The position numbers and the translations under genes were made by a program. From Paramecium tetraurelia (lineage: Eukaryota): a stretch of 64,000 nucleotides of DNA. The notes beneath the pieces are model-generated. The model worked only from the letters and a program-made list of their open reading frames with translations. It was not told the origin of the DNA and did not search any database. The stretch covers positions 1-64,000 of the forward strand of contig CT868033.1 in assembly GCA_000165425.1 (NCBI GenBank), written 5' to 3'. Below are positions 13,720 to 25,563 of this stretch, piece by piece; positions within the stretch are counted from its first letter, which is position 1, and every line of letters begins with the position of its first letter.

Positions 13720-15300
13720 TATGTTATATTCTACCTTAATTGCAATCATCTTCAATTTGTTTTGAAATATTTAAATTAAGGATTCATCTCAGATCAGTGC
13801 TAATTTTGCAAATTGTAATTTGTAATTTGATTGGATCTAAATTAGAAGCTGAAGATGTGAGTGGAATGAATTTGAATAGAGCATAATTATTTAATTGTAA
13901 GTGGAATAACATAAAAATACCTGAGCTAAATAAGTTAGAAGGCCAATACAGCGGTGCTAGTTCAATCTGTATCTCTCCTGATAGTAATACGCTCGTAACT
14001 GGTTATTCAAATGGGTCTATTTGTTTATGGGATCTTAAGACAGTATAATAAAAAGCAAAATTAGACGCCCATAATAGTTGTGTAAGTTCATTCTGTTTCT
14101 CTCCTTATGGAACTATATTGGCATCAAGTAATTATTATGAGACTATTCGATTATGGTGTACAAAAACAAGAAAAGTTATATTAAAATTATAAGGACGGAG
14201 TCTATTTGGTATTTCCTTATGCTTTTCTCCAAATGGCACTACATTAGGGTGGGGTACAAGTAGTGTCTGTTCAGTGTGCTACTCTCACCTGATAGTACTA
14301 CATTAGCATCTGGCAGTGCAGATCAGTCTATCCGTATATGTGATGTAAAGATAAGAGAATAAACAGTAAAATAAGATGGTCATAGTGATAGTGCGAATTC
14401 AATATGCTTCTCATCTGATGCTACTATATTAGCAACATGTAGCTACGATGCCTCTATCCGTATATTGGATGTTAACACAGGGTAGTAAAAAGCAAAATTA
14501 AATGGTCATATTAATAGTATTAATTCAGTTTGTTTCTCTCCAAATGTTAATATTTTGCAACTGGTATTACAGATAACTCTATCCATTTATATTAGTGATC
14601 AAACATGATAATTTAAAACAATATTAAATAGTTATAATGATACTGTCCGATCAGTATGCCTTTCTCCTGATGGTATTACAATAGCTCCTGGTAACTTTGA
14701 TAATTCTATTCGCTTATGGGATGTTATGACAGGAAAATAAAAAGCACAATTCAATGGTCATGGTTGGACTGTCACTTCATTATGCTATTCTCCTAATGAT
14801 ACTACATTAGCATCCGGCGGTGGAGATAAGACTATCTATATATCGGATTTATAGACAGGGCAATAGAAAGCTAAAATAAATGGTCATAAAAATTGTGTCA
14901 TTTAAGTATGTTTCTCTCCTAGTGCTACTAAATTAGCTATGATGCCTCTATCCGTTTATGGAAAGTTAATACAGGTCAATAAAAAGCAGAATTAAATTCT
15001 CACATTCATTGCGTCTATTCAGTATGCTTACTTTCTGATGGTATCTGTGGTAAATGAAGACAATATTTATAGTTTGGATGTTAAAGAGATTTCTGTATTG
15101 GGAAAATAATATCAAGATACTCCTATCTAAGTTAAAAATCACTTTTAAAAAATCTTTTATTATTTAACAAAACGTATATATTTTTTTCATTGACTATTTA
15201 GCTCCCTCTAATATCTTCTTAGGACAATTCAATTATTATGGAGAAGAGTTAAGATCTTTCTTCAAATCTAAAGGAAGTTTAATTTTGAATAACTAAATAG
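13720..15300 (+). pseudogene. Decayed pentapeptide + WD40 repeat gene (SIRLWDVKTGQQKAKLDGH-type, 42-aa repeats)
   Basis: Reads SANFANCNL..GMNLNRAQLFNCKW, then repeats of SI(R/C)LWD..TGQQKAKL.GH..V.SVCFSP.G.TLASG. Exact 126-nt register at 14342/14468/14720/14846. Disruptions: 7-nt duplication 13823-13829, indels at ~14285, ~14555 and ~14935, in-frame TGA 14606-14608. Family-type tail FFKSKGSLIL at ~15260-15290. Confidence 0.85.
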
Positions 15301-17119
15301 AGTTTAAATAGTAAGAAAATTGATTATGTTAAAATATATCGCCATATAAATATTTTTATTTAAGAGACTGAATTAATTAATAATAAATGTATAATAATAT
15401 TTTTCGTTCCTCTTGTAATTCTGCTCTCCTTCTTCTCAAAACAATTATTCAATGTTAAACATCTTATTAACAATTTTTCACTATCAACAAAATTGATCCT
15501 TTAGAGAGGTTCTGATTTCTTAGATCTATAATATCTCAATTTGTTTCACAACTAAATATGCAATAAGAGATGTGATGTTATCAACAACTCAAATATAAAC
15601 CTCGCATTGCAACATGAGCTTCATAGGAAAGATATTTATTTCTGTAAATCTTTTAATGTTTTGAAGAAGTTTGAATATGAAAAATATTTAAAAAATGGAA
15701 AGTATAAATATTCAAAACCAATTTTACATTCATTGATGTTTCAGCAAACAATTAAAAGTGTATGTATTATAGAGAAACTTATGATAAAGCTATCTGTAAA
15801 AATAGACCAGCCATTGAAACAATATAAGATTGTAAAAGTATACTACTCTAACTATTGAGAAGTTTCAAAAACTTATACTTATATTGTTGGTGCTAATTGC
15901 GCGAATAAAGCTGTATGTGATATTTACGATAATGCAGTAAATAAATCAGCAGTGTTGTGAGCTATGATATACTGAACGAATAATTGATATTTATATGATG
16001 TACAAAAGGTTCCATTCTGGATGTTTCGAGTAAATGTTATGGAATAACTACGGCAGTATTTAGAGCTGCATCTTGTTCAGAAGAAATATAATGGTAAGTT
16101 GCTGAGTCAATGAAATTATCCGCTATAGAAACAATTCATTTTATGTTTCTTATTTTATTACCTCTTAGATTATATAATTTATAATGAAGACTAAGAGAAT
16201 ATCTTAAAGGAAATTTTAATTCTTTAACCTGTTTCCTTATAATCATTTTAATTCTTTAGAAATGTAAATAAATTAATGGAGAGCCTAGCCAAGAATAAAT
16301 TGGAAACATGAGTAATTTTTGAATAATTAGATCTAAACTTTTAAAGACAAAGCAGAAAAGGCGAATAATATTATAGCTTCTCCAAATACAAATACATGGG
16401 GTATAGGAGTATACGATCTCTTGAAGATAATGATTCAACCAATAAATAACCTATGGTTAATTTGAATAAGGTTATCACATGAGTACCATAGAGCTTCATT
16501 GGAAAGTTGACAGAGTTGCGGAAATTGGGTAAATACAAATCAGAGATTTAAAAACGAAAAGGAGTTATTATTATAATTGAAATTAGCATAGGTCAAACCA
16601 GATATAAAGTCAATCAGTTTGATATGATGAGGAGAAAAAATATGGATGAGGTTTATCAATCATAATAGTGCAGTCGCTTGATTTCCAACTGCTTATTATT
16701 ACATTTTTTAGGATAATAAAGTAAATTTTTCGTATTTAAGATTTTTTTATTTATTGTTTTGAAGAATATTTTTTCAATTATAGCATTTTTGTGTTTTAAT
16801 GGATAAATATATTTTTTATTTTTAAATAAACTCTTTTTCCATTCCGAATCAATCTGTCTTTGACGATACAAATATTCCCAATAGATTCTCCTCATTGGGA
16901 GTCCTAATCTGGGCTATTCAAATTTACATTTCATAACAACCTCATCCAAATTTCATATAGATTTTGGCTTGATCTAACCCAATTTATTGCTGTATATTGT
17001 TTAAATAATATAATAATTATTAATTAATTTTGTAATGCAATTTTCTGTAATAGAAATATATAAAAAGAGGAACATAAAATAAAAATGCATGAATAATTTT
17101 TATTTTTTGTTAAGCTTTT

Positions 17120-19859
17120 ATGCACTTTTAAGGTTAAATTAACAACAAAAACATAGAAGGAATGATAAAATAGCTTAAATTTAGTAAAATTAAAACTAGA
17201 ACTAATATTTAAATTAAAAAGAATATTGCTATTAAGACTAGTCGAATAACTAAATTGTAGGCTTAAAGCATATTGAACTCTACATCTTAAACTTCGAAAA
17301 AGAAATAAGATTAAAAGGAATTCTTTGAGTAGGAAAATCTAAAATACATCGAAGAATTAATATAAGAGAGATCTTCAGATGACAATAAATTATAAGTTGT
17401 TCATTAGAATAGATTTGTAATGAATGTAAATACAAAGAATTAAATCGAAAAAGCTTTAGATTAGTATGATTTGCCTCTTTAGTAAAATCCTAATAATGAA
17501 CTTTATTGTAATGGCAAAAGTAAGGATAAAGAGTATTTTAATAGCCTTCACTCTAGAAAAAATGAATAAATTAGAAGAAGATTTAGAACATAACGACTCA
17601 CTTTTTCTAAAAAATCTGTAAATTTCAGAATCTTATAATAAAAAAGGTAAGCCTTTTAAGATCTTGATACTTAGGGTTGTCTTTAATTGAAACTGAAACA
17701 TATAAAGAAGCTTTATCTTATTTTAATTCTGCTATCGAAGAAGACCCTAATAATTCAGAATATTATCATAACAAAGGCATATATAATATTCAACCCTTTA
17801 GCGGCGACTTTAATTCTACTGAATAGACTAGATGAAGCACTTCAATATTTCGATTTAGCCCTTTAGCTAAACCCTGAAAATTCTCTTAATTATAATAACA
17901 TAGGTATCTTTTAACGTGCATATTTCCTTAGGGTTTATTTTATGTAAAATGAATAGATTTGAATTAGCATTATATTATTTTGATTAAGCTATTCAACTAA
18001 AAAACCCTTATCTTTAAAGTTTTTCTTAAAATAAAGGTAAAATTCAATATTGATACTTTTAGCTTTTGCTTTATAATAACTGAATAGATATTAAGAAGCA
18101 TTAGATTCTTATGGCTCATAGATATCAGAATCTACAGAATATAATAATAATAAAGGTATGATCTATCATTTCATTAAGTTTAGCATTTACATTAATGCAA
18201 ATGAATAGGTTAGAAGAATCATTACAATGTTATGACTCAGCTATTTAACAAAGCCCAGATAGTTCAATTTTGTATAATAATAAAGGTGTATTTTTGAACA
18301 TCATCATACTTAGGATTGTCTTTATTCCGTATGAAAAGATATGAAGAAGCATTATAATATTATAATTTAGCAAAATAGTTAAACCCAAAAATTGCAGAAT
18401 ATGATTCTAACATAGGTATAGGCTATCATCTAATCATATTTAGCATCTGCATTAGAAAGAATTAATAGGTTTGAAGAAGCACTACAATATTATGACTCAG
18501 CTATACAAAAAAACCAAGAAAATTCCCAATTTTATAATAGCAAAGGTATATTTTAGATGTATAATATGTTAGCAAACACTTTAATGTAAATGAAAAAATT
18601 TTAAGAAGCATTACACTATTACGATTTAGCTATTCAAATAAATCCAGAAAATGCAGATTATTTTCATAACAAAGGTATTCATTAACATTCAACTGTTGAG
18701 CAAATACTTTATAATAAATGAATAGATTAGAAGATGCATTAGAGTATCACGATTTAGCTATTCAAATAAATCCAGAAAATGCAGAATTTTTTCATAAAAA
18801 AGGTATTCATTAACACACAACTGCTTAGCAATGACGTTATACTAAATGAATAGATTAGAAACAGCATTAGAATATTTTGATTTGGCTATTCAGAAAAACC
18901 CTTAAAATCAACTTTATTATTATAACAAAGGTATATTAAATATCCAAATTTAATTAGCTTTTACTTTATTTAAGTTGAATAGAAATGAAGAAGCGCTATA
19001 ATAGTTTGATTTTTCCATTTAAAGTAATCCTGAAAATCCTATCTCTTTTAATGGCAGAGGTTGAATTTTTTTTGAATATTTTCTCAGCGATGGCGCTAAC
19101 TTAAATGAATAGAGAAGAAGAATCATTAGAATTCTATGATCTAGCTATTTAGAGAAATCCTGAAGATTCTAGAAATTATAATAACAAAGGTAAAATGAAT
19201 TAAGCATATTTAGCTTTTACTTTAGATAAAATGTCGAGATTTGAAGAAGCGTTATAATATTACGATTAAGCAATTTTAAGAAACCCTGAAAAGAGCATCT
19301 ATTATAATAACAAAGGTAAGTAAACACTTCATATTTCTTAGCTATTACTTTACATAAAATGAATCTATTTAAAGAAGCATTATAATATTATGATTTAGCT
19401 ATTTAGAGAGACGCTGAAAATGCCGCCTTTTATAATCACAAAGGTTTAATTGAATCAGCATATTATCTTAGCGCTTAGTTTATATAAAATGAATCTATTT
19501 GAAGAAGCTTTATAAATTATGATTTAGCTATTTAGAGAAATCCTGAAAATGCTAATTATTATAATAACAAAGGTATTATTGTCGCTCCATAATTTCTTAG
19601 CTTAGGCTTTACGCAGATTGAATAGATTTCAAGAAGCATTATAATATTATGATTTAGCCATCTCAAAAAACCCAGATGATCCAGAATTTTACGAAAACAA
19701 AGGTAAAATTGGATTTCATTTTATTTAGCGGTTACTTTACAATAAATGAATATCATTGAAAAAGCATTAAAATATTAAGATTTAGCTAATTATCACCAAA
19801 GGAACAACTAAAATGACTCCTCATCATAAATTTTCATTATTTATATTTAATATGAATGA
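17120..19859 (+). CDS. TPR-repeat protein, ~18 TPRs, one repeat per exon; one 1-nt deletion near the 3' end
   Basis: Consensus A.TL..MNR.EEAL.YYDLAIQ.NPEN..YYNNK. 18 phase-1 introns: 17520-17544, 17647-17674, 17777-17801, 17904-17931, 18037-18062, 18156-18183, 18286-18313, 18416-18443, 18546-18572, 18675-18700, 18803-18828, 18931-18957, 19060-19087, 19190-19213, 19316-19341, 19444-19471, 19573-19600, 19703-19728. Start ATG 17120 or 17162; TGA 19857-19859. Confidence 0.9.
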
Positions 19860-20079
19860 ATTTGACAAGGGATCAGTAGCACTATGAAAATAGTGAAAAT
19901 TTCATATCATAATATTATATTATATTATATCATATTTATTACTATAAAGATGTGCGTTGATCTAAACTAAAATATTATTCATTCATTTTTTCTTAAAAAT
20001 AAAAATTAATTAATTTAGATATTAATCTTTATTTATTCCATTAATAATATTAATCTCGAGATACATGTTTTAATCTTAA

Positions 20080-21950
20080 TTAATCTATGTGTTTAATATA
20101 CCACCAAAATTGGAAGAAACAGTATCTTGATGTCTAATATTTAAATCCTTGCAGATTGATTTTTGTTGAGGCATATAATAATTATAGAAGATTTGAAGAA
20201 TAAACATAGTGACTCATACTTATGAGTATTTTCAGGATTGGTCTAATTAAATTTTCCTTTTTAATAAGAATTTTAAAATATTGAAATATAATTAAAGGAA
20301 TAGAGAACAAGATGATATTTATCCTAAAACATGAGAAATTATTTAGGATTAGTAGATTGCCAAGTAGGAAACATATCTGCTTTATATATGGATAAGATTA
20401 TTTTTCAATAATCTTTCCATGAGATTTAGAGCAATGAATAACGATTATTTATTTTAATGAATATGAATACACACTCGTTTCATGAAATCATAATTGTTTT
20501 ATGTGGAAATTTAGAGTAGATTGAAACCCACCATTAAATTTTTTTTGGATTTATTTACAAAGGATTGAGTTTCATTAAATTGTACATCTTTCCTAATCTT
20601 TTACAAAAAAACAGTAATATACTAAATTAAACATAATTTATAAATTAAGCAGAAGCAGCAATGATTAATTTAAATAAAAATGTTGAATATTGTTTTTACA
20701 CTTCATTAAAATCTAATAGAGTAATTATTACTTTTTACTAATTAGAGGTACTAATTTTATTAGATTTTTTCCTCTCCAAGCCAATCTTGCCATAAATAAG
20801 TCTGTGAAACCTGTTGAAAATCAAGGAATTCCTAAATGACTAAATTAATCAAAGGTTAAACTTTATTTATTGGGAAACCTTTGTATTTAACTAACAACTA
20901 AGAGGTTAAGATGGCTTAGGATAAATTGATGCTTATTTTGAGAGTACACAGAAAAAGGAAATTGTGATTCCAAAAAATGCTGATAATTTACAATAATGAT
21001 AAATGGGCACTATTAGACATTATAAAGTTAGATATTGGTCTCGAATTTTCACCTTAGGATTATTATCTTTAAACTTTTTTATTTTTATCAGGAAGATGCA
21101 ATTCATATGATTCTTTATAAAAAGCTATTATCATATTTAAATAATTTTTTAGTCGAACCAGCATAATCGTTCAAACAGAAGTTATTTTCACTAGTATTTT
21201 AGAAATCCCATAAAGGAACCAATTTTGAAAGTTGTTCAATTTATTTAGTAATAGATTATTATAAGATGAAAGACTTTAAGAGTTATTAGATTCATCGAAA
21301 GACATTGATGAATTATTAAATCACTGTTTTACTGAAAGTTTAAAGAGGGAAAATTATAAATTGTAAATTTTTTCAAATAATCGTCATAAAAATATCAAAA
21401 AAATTAACCATAAGTTTAAGACTAATGATATCAAATATTTTGGATCATGGCTTGATGAGATTACTTTGAAAATATTAAAATTAAATTAAAATTAAAGATA
21501 CTTCATTATTATGAAGAAAGCACTTTGAAATAAGCATAATTAATAATGTAGTCAGAAGCTGAATGAAATCCTAATCTATTTGAATTGCTAATTCAACTAT
21601 ATAAGTTAAGTTAAAATAATTGAAAAATTTAATAGAGAACAGGAAAAATCTAAATTTTATAGACTTAATTAGGTTGTCCAATCAATATTCTTCTCACTTG
21701 AATTTATTTGCATCTTGGTAAAGCAAAAGCTCTTTCCTTTATAGGCTGATTAAGAGTAGCATACTGAATATACCTTAGAACTATATCCATCTAATTTAGA
21801 TTTTGCAGTTCCTCAATAGTAATACATGACAGCCTTTGAATCTTTAATGATATTGATAAATTATATAAAATTCGTTTTAGAGGATATGATGTATTATATA
21901 TAAAGTATAATAATTAAATGCTCCTGCAGCAGTGATAGTTTCAGTATAAA
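20080..21950 (+). pseudogene. Probable decayed coding sequence of unknown family
   Basis: Coding-like stretches (e.g. DERLQELLDSSKDIDELLNHCFTESLKRE, KYFGSWLDEITLK) switch frame repeatedly and are broken by TGA without usable introns. Confidence 0.35.
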
Positions 21951-22916
21951 CTCTATTTATTTTCTCCCATATCCTAACTTTTTATTGTTTTTTGCCAAAA
22001 TCCTTAATCCTATTTAATCAACTCGCAATCTATTTTTCTTGAGCATATGATCCACCACAAATGTTTCATCAATGAAATATCATAACATAATTTAGTTAAA
22101 CTTTAAACAATTAATTCGATTTTGATATCAATTTTACAGAATTGATTGATGTAGATATTCTGTGGAATTTTAAAATATGTTTAAAATGGTCCTAGTATTA
22201 TCTAGAATTATATTTAAATGATTTTTGAATAATTGCAATTTAAAACAAAATTGTTTTTCTTGTAAATTCAAATTATTATAAATTTCTCTATTTAAATAAT
22301 TTCTATTTAAATAACCTACTTTTATTTCAAAATCTTTTGTTGAAAATAATAATATTTGATAGGTTGGTGTTTTCTCAATTCAATATATATAACATTAAAT
22401 TAGAATTTTATTTCCTAAGAAACCTAATAACAGTTTAGATTATATATCATAATTTATTTAAAAATGATAAAAGCCTATCTTACCAGCTTAACTTTCGAGT
22501 TGCTAAGTTAGCAATGCGTAGAATTATCAAAAAATGAGATCAATTATAATGGATAATATACTTAGATCTGATAGAGCAATCTTTGTAATAAATTATTTGC
22601 AAGTGAATCTAATTTAGTGTTTATTAAATCTTTATTTGATGAATATTATATATCCTTATGATTTGCTTCACATAAAAATCAATTTTAATTAGAAATGCTG
22701 AGATTTTTTCAAAATCCAATTACTAAAATTTAAAAATTAGTTAAACTATACATAGAATTTACTTTTATTTTTGGATTGTATTTAGCCTTGAGTTTTATTT
22801 GTCAAAATTGCTTTTGAAGATATAATATGATATAAACTAAAAAGTTATTTTTTCTTTTATTTCTTCATCTCAATGTCAAAGCTGTCCCTAGCTTTCCTTT
22901 TGTAACGATTATAATT

Positions 22917-23065
22917 NNNNNNNNNNNNNNNNNNNNNNNNNNNNNNNNNNNNNNNNNNNNNNNNNNNNNNNNNNNNNNNNNNNNNNNNNNNNNNNNNNNN
23001 NNNNNNNNNNNNNNNNNNNNNNNNNNNNNNNNNNNNNNNNNNNNNNNNNNNNNNNNNNNNNNNNN
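22917..23065. other. Assembly gap (149 N)
   Basis: Run of N. Confidence 1.
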
Positions 23066-23564
23066 AATAATCATAATCTCGCCTGCTTGATAATAAAAAA
23101 AAATAAATATCCAAACAGTTTTCTCACAACTTTTGTCTCAAACCCTGGATCAAAATAAAATTAATAATATGTTAATTAGATTTCCAAAAGATAGCTAAAT
23201 CAGTATAATTTATAGCTCTTTTTGCTCTTTTCATTTAAAAATTTAATTAGGTAAGGAAAAGTTGTAGATTCAGAATTTTTAAATAACGGATAAATAATTA
23301 TGAAAATATAATTATCAAAGATACTTGATAAAATACTTTATTATGCATTGTTATCTATTTTAGGTATTTATTTTTAGTCTATATCAATATTCATTCTTGA
23401 TTTCTATAATTTAAAGTTATGATTATACTGTCTCAAGCTAAGCTCCATAAAACCAATCATAAGAATAATAAACCAAGAATTTTAGATTATTTTAAATTTG
23501 TTTTAGAATCTAATCAGCTGAGAATTAGTTGAAATGAGATTCAGTGCAATTAATAACTATAAAA

Positions 23565-24282
23565 TCAATTCTCTTGTTTTGGTTTTAAATAAATTTCTAT
23601 AAGCTTAGTAATTTCTTAATAAACTTATATTGGATCACAAGTATCAAATGATTCAATAGTTTATTATTTCAACTTTGCATCAAGCCCTATCAATTCAGCT
23701 GGTATTAATTGAATATCATCTACAACACAAACTACAAATTCTTAATCTAAATTATTTCTCACTTCATCTACTAATCGGCATAACATCATTGCTATTCTGT
23801 TTTAGTAATGATGTTGAAATCTTTTCTTAATCTAAGCAATGGTATCAAAGGTTTTCTCTTATTTTCTAGGAAACAATTAATTATGCTTTTTGAACACCTT
23901 TAATATGTTATTTAATCACTTCTTTTCGCAATAAATAGTAATGCCGTAACATTACAATATCAATTTCGCATAGTATCCTAATTTATTCAGATTTTATGCT
24001 CTTTGAATTGATTTGAGTATCATTCTGTTTAGAATTAGTCATTGGTGTTTTAATAAACATGCTAGTGGAATTGAAATTGAAATTGAGATTAGGGAAGCTT
24101 GCGAATATGTTTGGTACCTCTTGATCAATCATTTATAACTCACAATATTCTGTTGGACCTTGTAACTCTGAATCCTATATTTAAAAGGCCTCTGTAAACT
24201 TAGTAATAGTACTATACTTATCTGGAATAACAATATTTATACTTCTGAGTGATTTTAATGGCTTTTAATTCATGTTCTACAT
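23565..24282 (-). CDS. Hypothetical protein with an apparent 1-nt frameshift near 23895 (error or pseudogene)
   Basis: MQNMNQKPLKSLRS... reads to a TGA at 23845. A coding-like frame (RIAMMLCRLVDEVRNNLDQEF...) continues to TGA 23565-23567, and no suitable intron was found to join them. Confidence 0.4.
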
Positions 24283-24631
24283 AATGTTATTAATATATTC
24301 AAAATTAAAATTATAATTTATAAGTTTTGCTCAAAATTAATAAGAGAGAATTATTAAGGAATTTTACTTTTTAAAGTTGATTGCTATATAATTATTTGCA
24401 CAATAGATTAATTTTGGTTTATTTTCAAATTACAACAATCTTAAAGGTTTATTTTCAACATTTCAAATTTCAATAATTTTTTCCTTAATTAGCATAAAAT
24501 TGTTAATAATATAAATTACTTTAGTATTATTATGAAACTAGTTGAATTTCTAGAAGCATTTCCTATAATTTATTATGATTATATCAATTAGAATTATATA
24601 TAAAATTATGTTTATAAATTACACAATCCTT

Positions 24632-25563
24632 TCATTTTTTTTAATCTGCTATCTTTCTATAATTCTTAAATTAGTGTTGATGATCTGGATGATAACCTAA
24701 GCAACAGGTTAAGACGAACATAACTCCCATAATTGATGAAACTACAAAAAATACTATTTTAGAAATATGAAATATTGTTTTAAAATAATTTCCTATTGCT
24801 GTATAGCATGAATATCTAAAATGATATAAACAGTTACTTATAATTCTTAACATCAGAATTAACATCATCAAAAAATTTAATTGGATATGAAATACACCAA
24901 CCTGAGCAATCAAATTCATTTTCCATCCATTAAACTACATCAACATCTAAAGGAAAACCACCATCAAAATAATCACATTCTTAAGCATTTATTGCCTAAA
25001 TTATTTATTAAGATCAATACTTTTGTTTAATCAGTCTTTGAGTACACTTTTACTTATTTTGCTACTTAATAATTGATTTCCTTGTAATAATAGCATTCAC
25101 AAGAATCCTTACATAAGACACTCTCTACTTCACTATACAATTTTTAAATTGTTGTATATTAAGGATCAGATGGTCTACAAGTATGATCTTTTTCTATAGA
25201 GTTATCAAGGGCCATTGCAATAAGTCCTAATATTACAAAACTTAGACCCAAGCACAAATTTCCGACATTAAAAAATACTAATAAGTATTTTTTTTCCTTC
25301 ATTAGAGTACCAAGCATCCCGCTTATAGCCACAGCAAATATTCCAAAAGCCAAAACAAAGAAAGGTGTAGCTAAGAATGAAGTCGTGATAAAATACTAAA
25401 ATCGACAAATTATTACTATTCCTATTTCTTGGAGATGATTATCTACTTAACTTAAGAGTTTGTAAATATAATATGCACCAACAAATGCTGCTAAAGAGAT
25501 TCCTATTTCTATAAAGACCTAGATAAAAGCGAACGTTTTTAAAAATTTAATAGGCAAAAACAT
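24632..25563 (-). CDS. Tetraspanin-family membrane protein
   Basis: Four hydrophobic helices and a Cys-rich large loop (LCKDSCEC, WMENEFDCSGWC) typical of ciliate tetraspanins; tiny introns; TGA 24632-24634. Confidence 0.8.

Noticed and set aside
13814..13829. TA-bounded 7-nt insertion as a retained IES
   Set aside because: Far below the ~26-nt minimum Paramecium IES size; it is a simple tandem duplication.
15600..16990. Coding-like fragments, some Cys-containing (surface-antigen or transposon relic?)
   Set aside because: Multiple TGA stops and no diagnostic transposase, RT or antigen periodicity I can support.
17520..19728. Regular repeat/short-spacer pattern resembling a CRISPR array
   Set aside because: The spacers are GT..AG introns and the repeats are TPR-coding exons; eukaryotic DNA with no cas genes.
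22857..23114. ORFs spanning the N run
   Set aside because: Artefacts of the assembly gap.
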